A model generated the notes under the pieces. The model was not told the DNA's origin and did no database searches. It saw only the letters and a program-made list of their open reading frames with translations. Position numbers and translations under genes: made by a program. A stretch of DNA of 64,000 bases, from assembly GCA_051362555.1 (NCBI GenBank), contig CM120641.1:1364001-1428000 (forward strand), given 5' to 3'. This DNA is from Lingula anatina (lineage: Eukaryota > Animalia > Brachiopoda). Shown piece after piece: positions 50,600 to 64,000 of this stretch (the stretch's first letter is position 1; every line of letters starts with the position of its first letter).

Positions 50600-52950
50600 A
50601 AACAAGGCAGCAAAGCTGTCAAATGTACAGACAAAGAACAGAAAATAAAGATGCAAATAAGTGAAAAATTAAATTTTCACAAAAAACTGTTAAATTGCCA
50701 GAAAAATTTACCAAACAGACTGCGTTGCCTATTGAAGCTGTATGTTAGACCCATGTTTCTTTCCTGTAAGTTTGAGAACAGTAAGTGACATGATTTCCCT
50801 TAAATGGTCAGCATAGGAGCAGTGCCCAAAATAGGGGTTTCATCAAAATTTGATGCAACATTACATAATGTTTAACAGCATAATGACAATCAAATGTTAT
50901 TAATAAAATATTAGTAACATGGACATTCAGAAAATGTGACAAGCAAAAGTCTTGAAGATCATGGAACTTTAAAGTCACACCTTGAAAATGCCAATATGTG
51001 AAAAATTAAATTTTCACAAAAAACTGTTTAACTGCAAAAAAAAAAAAAAAAAACAGACTGCATTGCCTACTAAAGCTGTATTTTAGTCCCATGTTTCTAT
51101 CCTGTAAGTTTGAAAACAGTAAGTGACATGATTTTCCTTAAATGGTCATCATGGAAGCAGTGCCCAAAATGGGGGTTTCTTCAAATTTTGATGCAATATT
51201 ACATAATGTTTAACAGCTTAATGACCATCAATTTTTAATTATAAAATATTTGTATCACAGATATTCAGAAAATGTGACTAGCAAAGGTCTTCAGGCCCAT
51301 GGAACTTCAAAGTCACGCCTTGATAATGCCAAAATGTAAACAAGACAGCACTGTTCTGAAATGGGTTTATTTCCATTTTTAACACTTTTTTAACATAAAA
51401 CAAAATAAACATTTTACTGCCATTTTTATATGTCCAACTAAGAAAATTGATGAGATGGGAAAAGTATCAATAGAACAGTGTTAAATGTCCAATTTCCTCC
51501 ATTCTGAGATTCTGAACATAGTGGATGATTGAATCTGACAAACTGCAATGATATGAGTTTATTTCCATTTTTGACACTTTATTACACAATACATGATAAC
51601 AAGTTTACCATGTTTTTTACATAATCAACTAACAATGTTGTAAAGATGCAGGAAATATCAAACAAACACTTTTAGGCATCTTATTAGTTAAATAATGAGA
51701 CTGTTAACATGCCTAATAATTGAATCTGAGGAAATGTGAAAAAACAGTATAACTTCTTAAGTAATGGCCCGATTATGCTTATTTTCGAACTCAACCTGCG
51801 TTTTAGTAAGATTGACCACTCCTGTGAGTATAATTACAATTGGCCAATCCGTTTTTCTTATATTGTGTTATCAGTGTTGCATTTATATTGAAAATAGTGA
51901 AAAAACAGCATAAATTACTTAAAAGTGACCTGATCATGCTGATTTTCGAACTTGACCTGCGTATTATGAATATTCATCAGTTCTGTAAGTTTCAAGTCAA
52001 AAGGTAAAATGGTTTTCCACTTATCGTGTTATCGGTGCTGCATATGTGCTGAAAAAAGTGAAAAAACAGCATTAATTCCCTAAAAGTGACCCGATCATGC
52101 TGATTTTCGTACTTGACCTGCCTATTATGAATATTCATCAGTTCTGTAAGTTTCAAGTCAAAAGGTAAAATGGTTTTCCACTTATCGTGTTATCGGTGCT
52201 GCATATATGCTGAAAAAAGTGAAAAAAACAGCATAAATTCCCTAAAAGTAACCCGATCATGCTGATTTTCGAACTTGACCTGCGTATTATGAATATTCAT
52301 CAGTTCTGTAAGTTTCAAGCCAAAAGCCAAAACGGTTTTCCAGTTATCGTGTTATCGGTGCTGTATATATATGCTGAAAAAAGAGAAAAAATAGCCTAAA
52401 TTCACTAAAAAATGACCCAATCATGCCGATTTTCGAATTTGACCTGCGTATTATGAATATTTATCAGTTCTGTAAGTTTCAAGCCAAAAAGTAAAATGGT
52501 TTTCCACTTATCATGTTATCGGTGCTGCATTTATGCTGAAAAAAGAGAAAAAATAGCCTAAATTCATTAAAAATGACCCAATCACGCTGATTTTCGAACT
52601 TTACCTGCGTATTATGAATATTCATCAGTTCTGTAAGTTTCAAGCCAAAAAGTAAAAACAGTTTTCCACTTATCGTGTTATCGGTGCTTCATTTATGCTG
52701 AAAAAAGTGAAAAAACAGCATAAATTCCCTAAAAGTGACCCGATCATGCTGATTTTCGAACTTGACCTGCGTATTATGAATATTCATTAGTTCTGTAAGT
52801 TTCAAGCCAAAAGAAAAAACAGTTTTCCACTTATCGTGTTATCGGTAAAAGTGCACGGCGACGGCGACGGCGACAGCGACGGCGACGACGGCGACGACAG
52901 ACGCATATGACGGCTATATGTACAGACACATCTGTGTCTGTACATAAAAA
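50600..52950 (-). mobile_element. Complete Helentron-like non-autonomous element with internal satellite arrays
   Basis: Minus-strand 5' end: T-run plus perfect 14-bp-arm hairpin TATGTACAGACACA-NN-TGTGTCTGTACATA (52917-46) and a (GTC/GCC)n microsatellite. Seven units of about 162 bp (marker at 51790, 51951, 52112, 52274, 52438, 52599, 52761); 2 x about 192 bp; 2 x about 337 bp. 3' subTIR TGTCTGTACAT, hairpin GACAGC-TTT-GCTGCC, end CTTGTT (50601). Confidence 0.88.
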
Positions 52951-55889
52951 ACTACAAATACATTCAAAAAGTTTAAAATGCTGTTTTTTATCACTGCGCA
53001 TTTACAATTATTTTTAATTCCTCGAATAAGATTAACATATCTACTAAGTTTTCAAAACTATCTGCCGGTGTACAGTCTATATGTAAATTCAATTAAACAA
53101 AACTGAAAAGAAAGTCTATTACAACCTTGTGAGAACGACTCCGTTAAACTACATTTTACGCCCCTATTATCAATGAACATCAAGATAAATATTTCTGAAT
53201 CTTCAAGTTTTTCTCATTAACTATATTCTATATTTTACACATCATCTCACGGAAAGCGTTTCAGTGTCTATATGGTAATATATTCTATCCGCAGGGAGAG
53301 ACCGCCTACATTCACACGCCCTTCTCACGCCCCGCTTGTATCGAGACGTAAAAGGCAGATGCTCACCGTTCGTGTAATTTCTCGTCGTTTTATTCAACAC
53401 GCACTTAGCTAATTGGAAGTCTATAATTGATGTTAAGTTTACTATTCACAATCAATCTTTAATGTGGCCTGTAGACCACAAGAAGCTTGCTGGATATTGA
53501 ATTAGACCGCTCCTTGGCTGGTGACGTGCGGAATATATATTCACGTTTTCGTGCACGGAAACGTGGACTATGTGCGTGGAAAGTTCGTTGACACTTGCAC
53601 GAAAACAAACCCATTTTATTGGTTCAAGGTTGACAATAAACACGAGTACATGCCAATTGACTGCAGGAACAAGAAAGACACGTCATTTCTGATATTTGCG
53701 TTCCTGACTTTAGAGATGTTACGGTGATAAGCACCTACCTGTGTTGATATTATCTGTACCCAACGCTTGCAAAACTTGAAGAAGGTTCTGTTTTTCCTTT
53801 TGGACCGTCTTTGCTACACTGTTATCGCTCAATATTGTGTATCATAAAACAACTCACAGCCTCTTCTTTTACGCCGTTCGCTTCACCTGCAACAAGAAGA
53901 AGCGGTTTTAAAAAAAGGTGAGCAACAAGCAACTAGGGCGTATGCATTCACTACCCCGTGAAGCCACAGGTGCAACAAATGCGATAAAACTTACCAAAAC
54001 TTTCTTTTTTGGAGGGTTTCAGAAAATGCGTTGGCTTAAAACTAAGAAAATAAGCCGTTATCAGCCCGTGTCTTTGGGTTCTAATTACAAATTTGAGCAG
54101 GTTTTATGTATAAAGAAAAAAAAAGGACATGCCAAAGTAAATAATCAAAGACACCAGTAACTAGTGTAAGAAATCAACGCTTCACTCCTCCGAGCTATTA
54201 CAGCCCCAGAGGTGACTCTGCCAACATGTGCAGTGTTCAGGGATAAAATGTATGAAAACCCTTCTTTATTGAGCAAAATAATCTTACTGGATCTGTTTTC
54301 AAGTTTTTTTTTATATTTTCTTCATGGCAGTAAGATGATTATATAAGTGTAAGCGTGTATTGTATACGGCCACATGTCTCGTATATATAATATACATAAA
54401 AATTGTAATTTTGTGTGTAGGGCTATTTGTTTTTCATCAATAAAGTTAAAAACATGCCCCGTAATTCCTGTTGTATGAGAAGGAATACGTTCATACAGTA
54501 GCCGGCTGGAATCTATGAGTATTTTTTCTGAGGGAGAAAACGAATATTTTAATGCACGGTTTATCTTTTTCGCGTTATATACTCAAACGAATCGGATAAT
54601 AATATTTCCTGATCTTTGGTAGGGCTACATTAAATAAATACGTCTACATTTAAAAGCTGTCGCCCCTCCAGGCATCCAAACGCGAACTGTTCCATTCGCT
54701 TCAGTAACTTTAAGTGGTGTAGAGAGATAAAAAGAAACGCAAATACGCGATTTCGTAAGACATGATTGCCAGTTTAACGGGCCGGTTAATTACGTTGATA
54801 GGTGGAGGAATTCATCGGTCGGCGACCAAGCAGAGGTTAAGCGATGAGAGAGATACCGCCTCAAGCGCTGAAACCATCCTCTGAGGTATTTACTAACGAT
54901 CAATTTAAAAGGGATACGTATAATCTGTCCTAAGAGAGAATGAGGATACCGCCCGCTGCTCGGTTTTGCGTATAGTGATTCGCGTGCGCGAGGGCGCGTT
55001 GAAATTTTAATAATCCAAGATGTCCGTCAGCTAACGTCGCTGCATTACATATACCGCAAGCTTAGCAGAGCAAAGTAACGCTATTACGCTTCCCAACATG
55101 GGCATAATGTTACCAAATCGCTTACCGTATCTGATGAAAATAACGAAAAAGTAAAAAAAACAGCGAAGTCAAGTAAGTGTTGCACACTTCCTGCGGTTCT
55201 GTGAGTATTTAGTAGTAAAAAGATAAACGTGGCAGGGGCAAAATCATCAAGCAAGTAAAGGAAGCTCCCTTTAAACATTTGGAAATCACATGCTGGGGAA
55301 ATGAATTCGGTATGCAAGGCAGAAGCTGCAGCTACCAGGTGTTACACAGCAGTTTTGTGAATAGGAACATATTTCTGTACTAATTTTTTCTGCTTTGAAT
55401 CATAGGCGCTTGCATAATAAAATACTAAGTAAATTAAATTTGAAATATGAAACATCGAAAAGAATGCAGTGGCAACACTGGAAACGTAAATACGAAGGAG
55501 AAGCACTTAAATCTAACACCTAAAAGCACTTTAAGTTCCATCTTTCACACGCTCGGCCGGGCAATGTGTGTTCGTGGAATTTTAACCAACGAGATTACGT
55601 AATAACATTATGGTTGTTATAACAAGACAGTAGTGGAGGTTATCGAAACAAAATGTCTGAAATATAAACAGTACTTAAAAAAACGTTTCTATAGATATAT
55701 TTGAGAGAGAGCAAGAGAGAGGAGAAAAACGGAGAAATCATAACAATTTCACTTTCCATATAACTTTAACAGCACCTTATGAATTTAAAAAAAATATAAA
55801 GACAAAAAACGTCGTTTTACCATCAGTAGAAGCGTACATTTTCGCTTTTTTGCATAAATGTAAGACTTTGCTCATTAAGAAAAAATTTA

Positions 55890-56047
55890 TTTTTTCCATC
55901 GAACACTGACTTAGAGTACCGGTAAATGTGAGAATATCGTATGAACAATACGGGTGATACCTTACTTTAATACATTGCACAACCACTATAGGACACGTAC
56001 GTCGTATGTTACCAACTAAACACTGATGCCGATATGTAAACTTTCAC
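55890..56047 (+). repeat. Dispersed repeat, copy 2 (copy 1 at 49849-50003)
   Basis: Same-orientation diverged copy about 6 kb from copy 1. Confidence 0.85.
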
Positions 56048-56607
56048 ATTTCAGTAAAATAACAGCACATGTCCACTTTAATTAAATGTGCTGTTAACAC
56101 AAATCGTCATTTTAATCAACGTCATTTATGACAAATCAAAGTAAGGTGAAACCTGGGGATAAATTGGTACGTTTAAAATCAGGTGCATCCCGTCACATGC
56201 TGGCCACGATGGATTAGTCTACATACGACTGTTGTTTCCCCTACAGCGGGACACTTCATCCAGACACATAAAACGGTGAGTTTCCCCTAGAGCACCTAGG
56301 GGATTTCTCGGAATCAAGGAACCAAGACCCACGCGCTGTCTGAAGGTGAACGCGTTCTGAGCTGAACTGACGAGAACTGAGGAAATACACGTCTCGTGGC
56401 AGGCAGGGTTATCAGTGCAAACACCGTGTCAATAATTTGTCGCTGTGGTTTAACAAGGCTCCTATCAGTACGCCATGTCTGTTTCTGCACAACCCAAAGG
56501 ACTTCCCCTGGATGCACATTAACTAGAGGAGGAAGACCTCAGGCGAACTTTTTGACAACCTGTACTTGTATTCTGAGACAGGATGGAGAGATGATGCAGC
56601 ACACCTT

Positions 56608-56745
56608 AACACACACTCATACACACACAAACACATAAATACGCGCAAACGCAAGCACACACACACATACACGTTCACACACGCACACACACAAACAAAC
56701 GTAATCGCGCGCACACACACACAAACACATAAACATGCACGCGTG

Positions 56746-56776
<31 letters not shown>

Positions 56777-56798
56777 ACGCACACACACACACACACAC
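56608..56798. repeat. Imperfect (CA)n/(CACG)n microsatellite
   Basis: Direct reading; generates the His/Thr and Cys/Val spurious ORFs. Confidence 0.95.
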
Positions 56799-56827
56799 GG
56801 TCAAGGTTATTACATCGACGATGTAAG

Positions 56828-56909
56828 TCACTACTTCGCTTCACTTATGAGAATGATTTCAAGAGTTATCACTACTTCGCTTCACTTATGAGAATGATTT
56901 CAAGAGTTA
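56828..56909. repeat. Perfect 41-bp tandem duplication
   Basis: TCACTACTTCGCTTCACTTATGAGAATGATTTCAAGAGTTA x2. Confidence 0.95.
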
Positions 56910-59900
56910 GACATCAATTCACTAATTTGGCCTCGGCGCCCACTTCACGTTATCTAAGATCCTCTGATTCAATAAAAACTGCAAGTCACTTCCCCGATCT
57001 TAATTAAGTTGCTTTGGCATAGGGAAATTGGCAAGCATGTGGTGAAATTCATCCGCTTGTCAATATTAAGGTGAAATATTATTAAAACTGATAGAGTAGC
57101 AAGGTATATCGTTATCTTGAAAATTGACTCTAGAAACTAAGCAAATTTTAAGTACCTCTAAAACTGGGAGCAGATTCGTCCAAAGCATTATTCCTATAAA
57201 TACTAGTAGCAATACCTTTCAAGTGCATAGAATTAAGGATCACGCCAACATATCTCAGCTGTTAAGAGTCAACAAGGATGTCACTAAAACGCGCAGTAAT
57301 ATAGTGGCACTGTTGAACATTTGCCCTTGTGATCGCCATTCAGAAAACCCTCACAACCGTAATAACTTTGCATAGCTTTGACATATTTCCTTTTCCAGAA
57401 ATTCCTCAAACACAATTCCACGCTCTTAAATGTCCTGAACAAAAAGACATCTCTGTCTTAAAAAAAGACTACACCTGCGGATTTAGAACAGCAAAAAAAC
57501 TCATTGCCATTGTAAGGAATAACAAGTTACTATTACCCTGACAACGTAAAATAACATCAGTAATTCAGTCTGTTGGATCCATTGGGTATGTCACTTAATG
57601 GAACATTTTAAAATTCAATTATTTTCAAAACAGATTTTTTTCATAATATTGTTGTACACATATAAATGAGGTGGCTTTTAATTTGAGCAAGACTTATGTA
57701 TGCACATGTTGCAAACAGCTACACCCATACTTAAAAAGGAAATAATAAAGAAAAAAACAGAAATCATAGTTACCAGCTAACGACAGTGACAGGAAACTAT
57801 TGTCTTTTTTATCCTCCTAATATTCTGCGGTCTGCACTTACTTCCTGCAGCGGTTGATAAATGAAAACTATGATATTCAACTGAAAAAACAGCTCTTACG
57901 AGGCAGTTCGGCTTAGAAATTAAAATATTTTGACACTGGAACCATCACAAACTAAAATCAGTCTCAGTCGATATCATGTGAAGCAGAATTTGAACTAATA
58001 TTTCTTTTAACATATATTTAAGTATATATTAATTATCATAATAGCAGTTATATTTGAACAATTCGAAGATGCGGCAAAGGAAACATCTGCTATCTTGCCT
58101 ACCTTATCGGCTGGGGAAGTAAATCATCTCTAGATGATCGCTAAGCAAGCAGAACGCACACAATAATCTCTTTTTCAAATTCTCTCTTCTATGAGCCTCT
58201 CAGGTAAAAGTAGCACGTGATTACTGACACGTGGGGGCCCCCGGAAGAGAAAGTGAACACTTGAAGAACTCTTCCATTCATCCTACCTAAACTTGAGTGA
58301 GTTTTTATGAATATATAATTTAAATTAAGCCCCAACCCAAACTATTCACTGGTAAAGATCAAACTAAGTTTCAATACGGACAAAGTCAAATCACTCGGTA
58401 AGGAAGCTAAATGGGGTGTAATTATAGAAGCTATCCTCATCAAAAGGCTGAGCAATCGCCTGAGCAAAGACGCAAGGTGACGCTGACTTTCACTCCCTGA
58501 AATATAATGCCAGCCTGCCCACCTCCGGCTCCACCTCGATCATAGCGCCACCAAGCGTCTACAAACTGATCAAGATCAACTGACTCTATCATCTCTCAAA
58601 CCATTGCAGTATCTGCATAAACAATCAGGGAAGTCATTAAGCTTACTTTCCGACCAGACTGAAACGCTTCTGTCAATTTTAACATCATTTTAAGAAAGAA
58701 TAGTCATGTTTAGCTCAGTGTCGTTGATTGGATGCCAGCAAGTTTACCTTCTTGCCAGTATTGGAACACAAACATTTACTTCAGACATCCAGAGGAAAGG
58801 GTGTGATAAAATAAATATTCATATATATTTTGATGTGACTCAAAGCAATTCTATTAGAAATTGTCTGAAGCTTGAACATGGTCCCATTTCACACAACATC
58901 CACAGACACTACCCTGACTAATGACCAATGAAAATATTTCCGTAATAATCAAAAGTGGACATTTATCAGACATCAGACACAAGAGGAAGAGATCAGCATG
59001 ATATTTTTTCTCATTTGAAGCGATTGTTCTGCAAAGTCGACCTACCCACCTTACACCTGTCCAGTGAGAATTCAACCTTGATTTTGTCACTCACATTAAG
59101 CGTTCAGTTCAGAGAGGTCTAGCATCTCGAGGGGCGACTTGTCACACTTGTCTTGTTATCCAATCTTGGTGGCATCTCCATTCTACGATGGAATATTCAA
59201 ATACGTTTAATTAGGTGCCTCAGAAACGACTGAACCAGAATATGATAGACATATTTGACCCGAACAGAAGTTACCCTGATTTAAAGATAAAATAGAGATC
59301 ATAAAGGTTAATAATTTTCTGTGTCTTGTTTAAAGTTTTGTGATATCGTCAAGCCAAATGGATGTCAAACAACCAGAACTGCACGACAGCATCACACGGT
59401 AAGTTGACAGGCAAAGCAGAGGAGATTTTGGCATCAAAACGCGAGCTTAAAAATTGATCCCCATTATCTGACATGAGTAGGCCTTGTTTACGACATTTAA
59501 TCTGTTTTCAATGCGAAAAGAACATTGAAACCCGAGACTGCGTATCGAGGCCCACAATGTTTATGGATTTCGCGTCATGTATGATACGAGCTCACACCTC
59601 CTTATTTCGACATCAATACGATAAAACACGCTGAAATGGGATACGGCTCATTTTTAAAGTGCTTTAACGATTTCCACCTACAAATAAATCCCTAATCTGT
59701 TCATTACAATGTATCTCCGTAAATCACTCGGTCACCTGAATGCGGCCAATTTCTGACAGGTATACATGGGAAATAACTGGTCCGCATCGATTATAGTTAA
59801 TTGCGTTGGTGAATAATTAGAAAAAAATACATTGGCAAAGCGTAAAGCGTCGCGTTAAACGATTTTGCTTAAATATAGCTTCAAATAAGATTTCCTTGTT

Positions 59901-60162
59901 GGCGAATGCTACTTTAAAGGTATGAGATCTCGTCAATTGTAATGACATTAGATTACCACGATTCGGTAATAGTCCTTATTATCAAATAAATATGCTAATC
60001 TTGGGAATTCCACGACTCTTCCAAATATTCTCGTCAAATCTATAAACGGACTGTAAGCTTTTGAGCCATCCATCCATCCATCCACCCTTCATGTGTATAT
60101 GTAGGGTTACATCGCCCTCAATGTCTGCCTGGCCAAATATCTTCCCAAATATCTTCCTACAA

Positions 60163-60214
60163 TGCATTATAAGCTATCGAAGCCACAACAGTGGCTGCGA
60201 TAGCTTATAATGCA
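60163..60214. other. Near-perfect 52-nt palindrome (24-bp stem, 4-nt loop, one mismatch)
   Basis: TGCATTATAAGCTATCGAAGCCAC-AACA-GTGGCTGCGATAGCTTATAATGCA. Confidence 0.9.
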
Positions 60215-61209
60215 ACACCGCTTTGCCACTATGTGTTACGTGTATCAAGTTTATCCTTCCGAATAATTCAATTGCATTTGGAGTCATTCCTCCGTTATTG
60301 TCGTGATGTGATACGTGTTGATGTAGAAGTTCAACAGTCATCATTATAAGTTAAGCGCTAACAAGAACCTACCTCGTGAAGAGATGCTTCCTTTAACAAA
60401 AAATCACAAACATAGATGCAGTCATACGATAAATTCGACCAAAAAAGGTTCATGTACTGGAACTCAGACTGCCGCATGCACACAAAGCACGTGCCTACCG
60501 ACGTTGCATGAGTACAGGGAACAGCCATTAAAATAATGCAACTATTCATACTGTATGTAGGCATCACAATCGCTCACCAACGCGCACAGCGATGCGCACA
60601 TGCACACGCACAAGTAATGGCAATAATAACGATAAAAGCGATCTAAATTTAAATAAGTTTACCTACAGCTGTCATTTAACATCAACCGGCGCCTCTGAAT
60701 CTCGAGTCATTTCTTGTCAAATATAGGCCCTACTTGGTCTACACTGAATAATGTCACGTCCATTTGATCAGATCACATGACCAAAAATTAAACGCTCAAT
60801 CGAACACGTCTTTTTCATGCTCTGAATAAAATGTTCGTGAAGCCCGTTAAAGATGAAAGCTATGAGCTGACCACCAAAAACCACCAAATCATCTTAACTT
60901 TTGTGTCCTTGTCTTATAGCTATTGTTCTTCCAAGGGGGTAGTGTCAAATCAAAATGATCTTTATCTCAAGCCAGCGCACACGCTGAAGTATTGGCTCAA
61001 TTTCCACAGGGCCGTCAACTCCGCTCAAAGTGTGTTTCCATTTACACATAAATACCTTACTGTAACTGGCAACTGTAGTTGAGACGTTCAAAAACAGTTT
61101 CTTTTACCTCGAAATATGGCAGTAAATATATAACACAATACAAAGTGTGTACCAGTGGTTTCCAGTTGCCAGAATATGCAGCTACCAGGCCTCACAAGGC
61201 AATCTTTTC

Positions 61210-61212
<3 letters not shown>

Positions 61213-61243
<31 letters not shown>

Positions 61244-61250
61244 TGTGTGT
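61213..61250. repeat. (GT)n microsatellite
   Basis: Direct reading. Confidence 0.95.
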
Positions 61251-64000
61251 GAAGAAGGCTAAATGCCCTTTTTTATAATGCACTGCAACCAACCTGTTAA
61301 AGTTCACTTAATTTTTAGGTCTTTAATTTAGGAAATATTCGAGTTAAATCTCAATTCAGATGGTTCAAACATTGCGAGGCCGGTAGCTAAGCTTGCAACT
61401 GACCATGTTCGCCGGACATAAGTGGTATCTTCTCCAACTTGAATGTTATCTAGGGTACTATCTGTGTCCACCCGAGCGGTCTATTTGGACTGACACTGAT
61501 AGAGTGACCGTGACATTAAGTGACTACGGCAGTACAGGGAAATGACAATAATTAAGTGACCGTGACCTCTACTGGACAGAGGAGACTGATTGGGTTCCCA
61601 ACATAGTTGACACAATCAATACAGTTACTACCGCAAGGAACACACTTTACATCTTTACAATAACCCATTTTAAGGAGGGAATGTAGGTTTGAGATTTTCT
61701 CTTAAAATAAAGGTCTTGGCTTTTTTATTCCTGTCACATTCATTTAACGTATCTTCAAAATATCTAATTATGCTTGGAACACAGCTTTAACTTCATCGTG
61801 TGACGTAATATTGGGATTTTGGGGACAAAAACACCATTTTTATACACCTGATTTTCTCAGGCACCTGGACAGCTATAAACTTGCTTTTGATGTCATTATG
61901 ACACTTGAACAAAGTACTACAGCATGGAGTCAGGGATTTTTCTTCAGACACTTATTGTTGATTTTATCTATAAAAACGTGAAATTACATCAAAATATTAG
62001 GGAATTTTCACTTTCAAAGTCTATAAATTAGAAAAGAGAGGATCAATCAAAATTTCTTAAAAAGCACTTTTAGAGCATACTGTTCATAATTAGCATGGTG
62101 AATTTGGTCTCCCTCAGGTGTACAGGTAGATAGTTAAAGCTTGTTAAGATAACGCTATCTCGTCAATATTGAAAGCAAAGAAAACGAGCAAAAACCCTTT
62201 CAGTGAAGTTAATTGTCCATATAAGCAAATAAAATTGTTGACAGCTTTACCTGTTATCATTCTGACGATCGCGAAGATGGGTACTCTTTTGCCGGTTGAA
62301 ATTAGCTTGTTTGCATGTATTTGGATGTCAGAAAATCTTATTTTTGTATCAATCTCACCTCCTGTTAGTAACTTCAAGGGGTTACCGCTAGCACTGCCAG
62401 AATGATTGAAAGGCAATCAAGTAAGCCCTAATGACCCAAGCAATCAGTGGCCATGTCAATTGCCGTCGGGGCAAGTGTTAGGGATGCGCTCTAGGATGTG
62501 CACACAATAGCAGCATCGCATGCGGTCTTGTCCACATTCGCCAAGCGAAAAATGGTTCGAAAACACGGTCGTGTTACAGGACGCCGATCGGACCACCAAC
62601 AACAAGAAATAGACGCAACCAGAAAGGCTTTGTTAGAGGAAATGTCTAAAGTTGGGTGAGTCAGGAAAAATTCTGCGATAATTGTTGAAGAAAAAAAAAC
62701 ACTATGTCGGCCTTTAAAGTGCGTACATGAATCCAGAACTGTACCTAGAATTGATGCTAAGGCTAATTCTCCAGCTCATAATTCGGAAAAGTCAAAATGT
62801 TTATAATAAGCTCTTTCGTGACCTCAGCCTGATATAGTTCGCGCGGAGTCTAGCGATATCATTAGATTTATTTGCTTTACTTTCTTTAATGCACATGTAT
62901 TGAACCTATGCGCCACCCAGTGAATAATTATGCTAGAGTGTGGGCTCAAGTCCTGTATTTACGCAAAACAATCTTGTGTGTTATTCCAGTATATTCCATA
63001 CAGGTGACTTTAATAAGCAGAGAATTTCTTTATATTCCGTGAAAAATACACTAAATTTATATAAAATAATATCATGGTTGGCCAAAAAAATGTACGCACA
63101 GTGCATCCGTGCGTATGCCTAGTTACCCCCATGTATATTTTTAAAATCTAACACTAAACTGCATCGACCTGTTGGCGAAAATGGATAGAAAGAATGACGA
63201 TTGTTGTCACGGGTAGCAAGCAACGGAATTTTCTTCTTTTCTTTTGCGTATCTCAAAAAGTTAACAAGAAAATCGAAAGAACGCGTGTAACAACAAGCAA
63301 TATACAAGGGAGAACGAGTATTTCGAGCAAATCCAATGTGTCGGAAAAGATTCATCTTAGCGCTGATCACAATCAAGAGAGACTATCAAAACAGCTTAAG
63401 CGGAACAATAGGCACTGCTTTGCCGATCGCTGTTTATGACAAAGGGGGCATGGCGCATCCCTGTTCTATTGTTTCCCTAGACGTGCTGATGCTGCTAAGG
63501 TCCGCCCACCGAGTTTACCCATGCCAACGGCCCTTGACAACGAAGGCGGGGCATATACCAGGCCACCGCTGTCGATGTGTGCAGCATCAGAATAATCAGA
63601 AAAAACAAATTTTTTGTTCAAAATGTAAAAAATTTATTCTGTTAAACGTTAAATACACGTTTAACCAATAATCAGACATAAAAAACCAAAAATGGCTATT
63701 TTTAGCTATATTTGGGTACATCCGCTCCTTAATTATCAGCTTGTGTTTGTACATGTGCGTGGAGAGTTTTGTACATGTCAGTCTTTATTTTAACCAATGC
63801 AACCTACTACAAACAAATATGCTCTGAATTACAACGGAAAGCACTCATTCAAAGTCCGCAACATTGCGAATAAGAATTTATAACATTTAGACTTGACAGC
63901 TGTGAAAAAGCATGAAATTAATCAAACGTAATGGGTATTCAGCATTGCGCACTATTTACACTTAAAGTAGCCACATCAATATGTTAGTTTTGTCAATTTG

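Noticed and set aside
51736-52846. Regular array of about 162-bp units as a CRISPR-like locus
   Set aside because: Units are homologous along their whole length with no unique spacers, there are no cas genes, and the array sits within Helentron-like termini in a eukaryotic genome.
56396-57007. His/Thr-rich and Cys/Val-rich ORFs
   Set aside because: They are translations of the (CA)n microsatellite.
61856-61876. RE1/NRSE-like motif (TCAGGCACCTGGACAGC)
   Set aside because: Spacing and bases deviate from the consensus, and it lies in probable repeat-derived sequence.
61669-62720. Kolobok-like element or THAP fragment starting TTAAGGAGGG
   Set aside because: No matching right TIR found and no convincing THAP CxxxC..CSxHF..AVPT motif.

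Overview
AT-rich genomic DNA from an intron-containing animal, most likely a marine invertebrate bilaterian (inference from gene and repeat content). Three host genes can be reconstructed with GT-AG splice sites. (1) A 4-exon CRIP1-like single-LIM protein gene (+, 1866-5401, 78 aa), largely missed by the ORF track. (2) A 2-exon rhodopsin-class neuropeptide GPCR of QRFP/orexin/CCK-receptor type (-, 7028-8508, 359 aa). (3) A 3-coding-exon neuropeptide GPCR of tachykinin/leucokinin/luqin(RYamide)/GPR83 type (-, 18156-26323, 537 aa). From about 27 kb to the end there is no credible coding gene; this is probably 5' UTR intron or regulatory space for the second receptor. The most notable hidden feature is a decayed, internally deleted Polinton/Maverick (adintovirus-like) protein-primed DNA polymerase B gene at 10757-12598. 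It appears only after removing three nested insertions: a LINE 3' end with a 10-bp TSD and two PIF/Harbinger-type MITEs. There are also several Helentron-like non-autonomous elements carrying satellite-like arrays of about 147 and 162 bp, one of them packed with AGGTCA-A-AGGTCA (DR1) motifs. Other features are a CRE cluster with 11-bp spacing in a GPCR intron, several MITEs, a tRNA-derived SINE and an RTE-like LINE relic. I see no evidence of a wholly new biological system; the findings are paleoviral/TE relics and candidate regulatory structures. Family assignments come from remembered motifs, not database searches.
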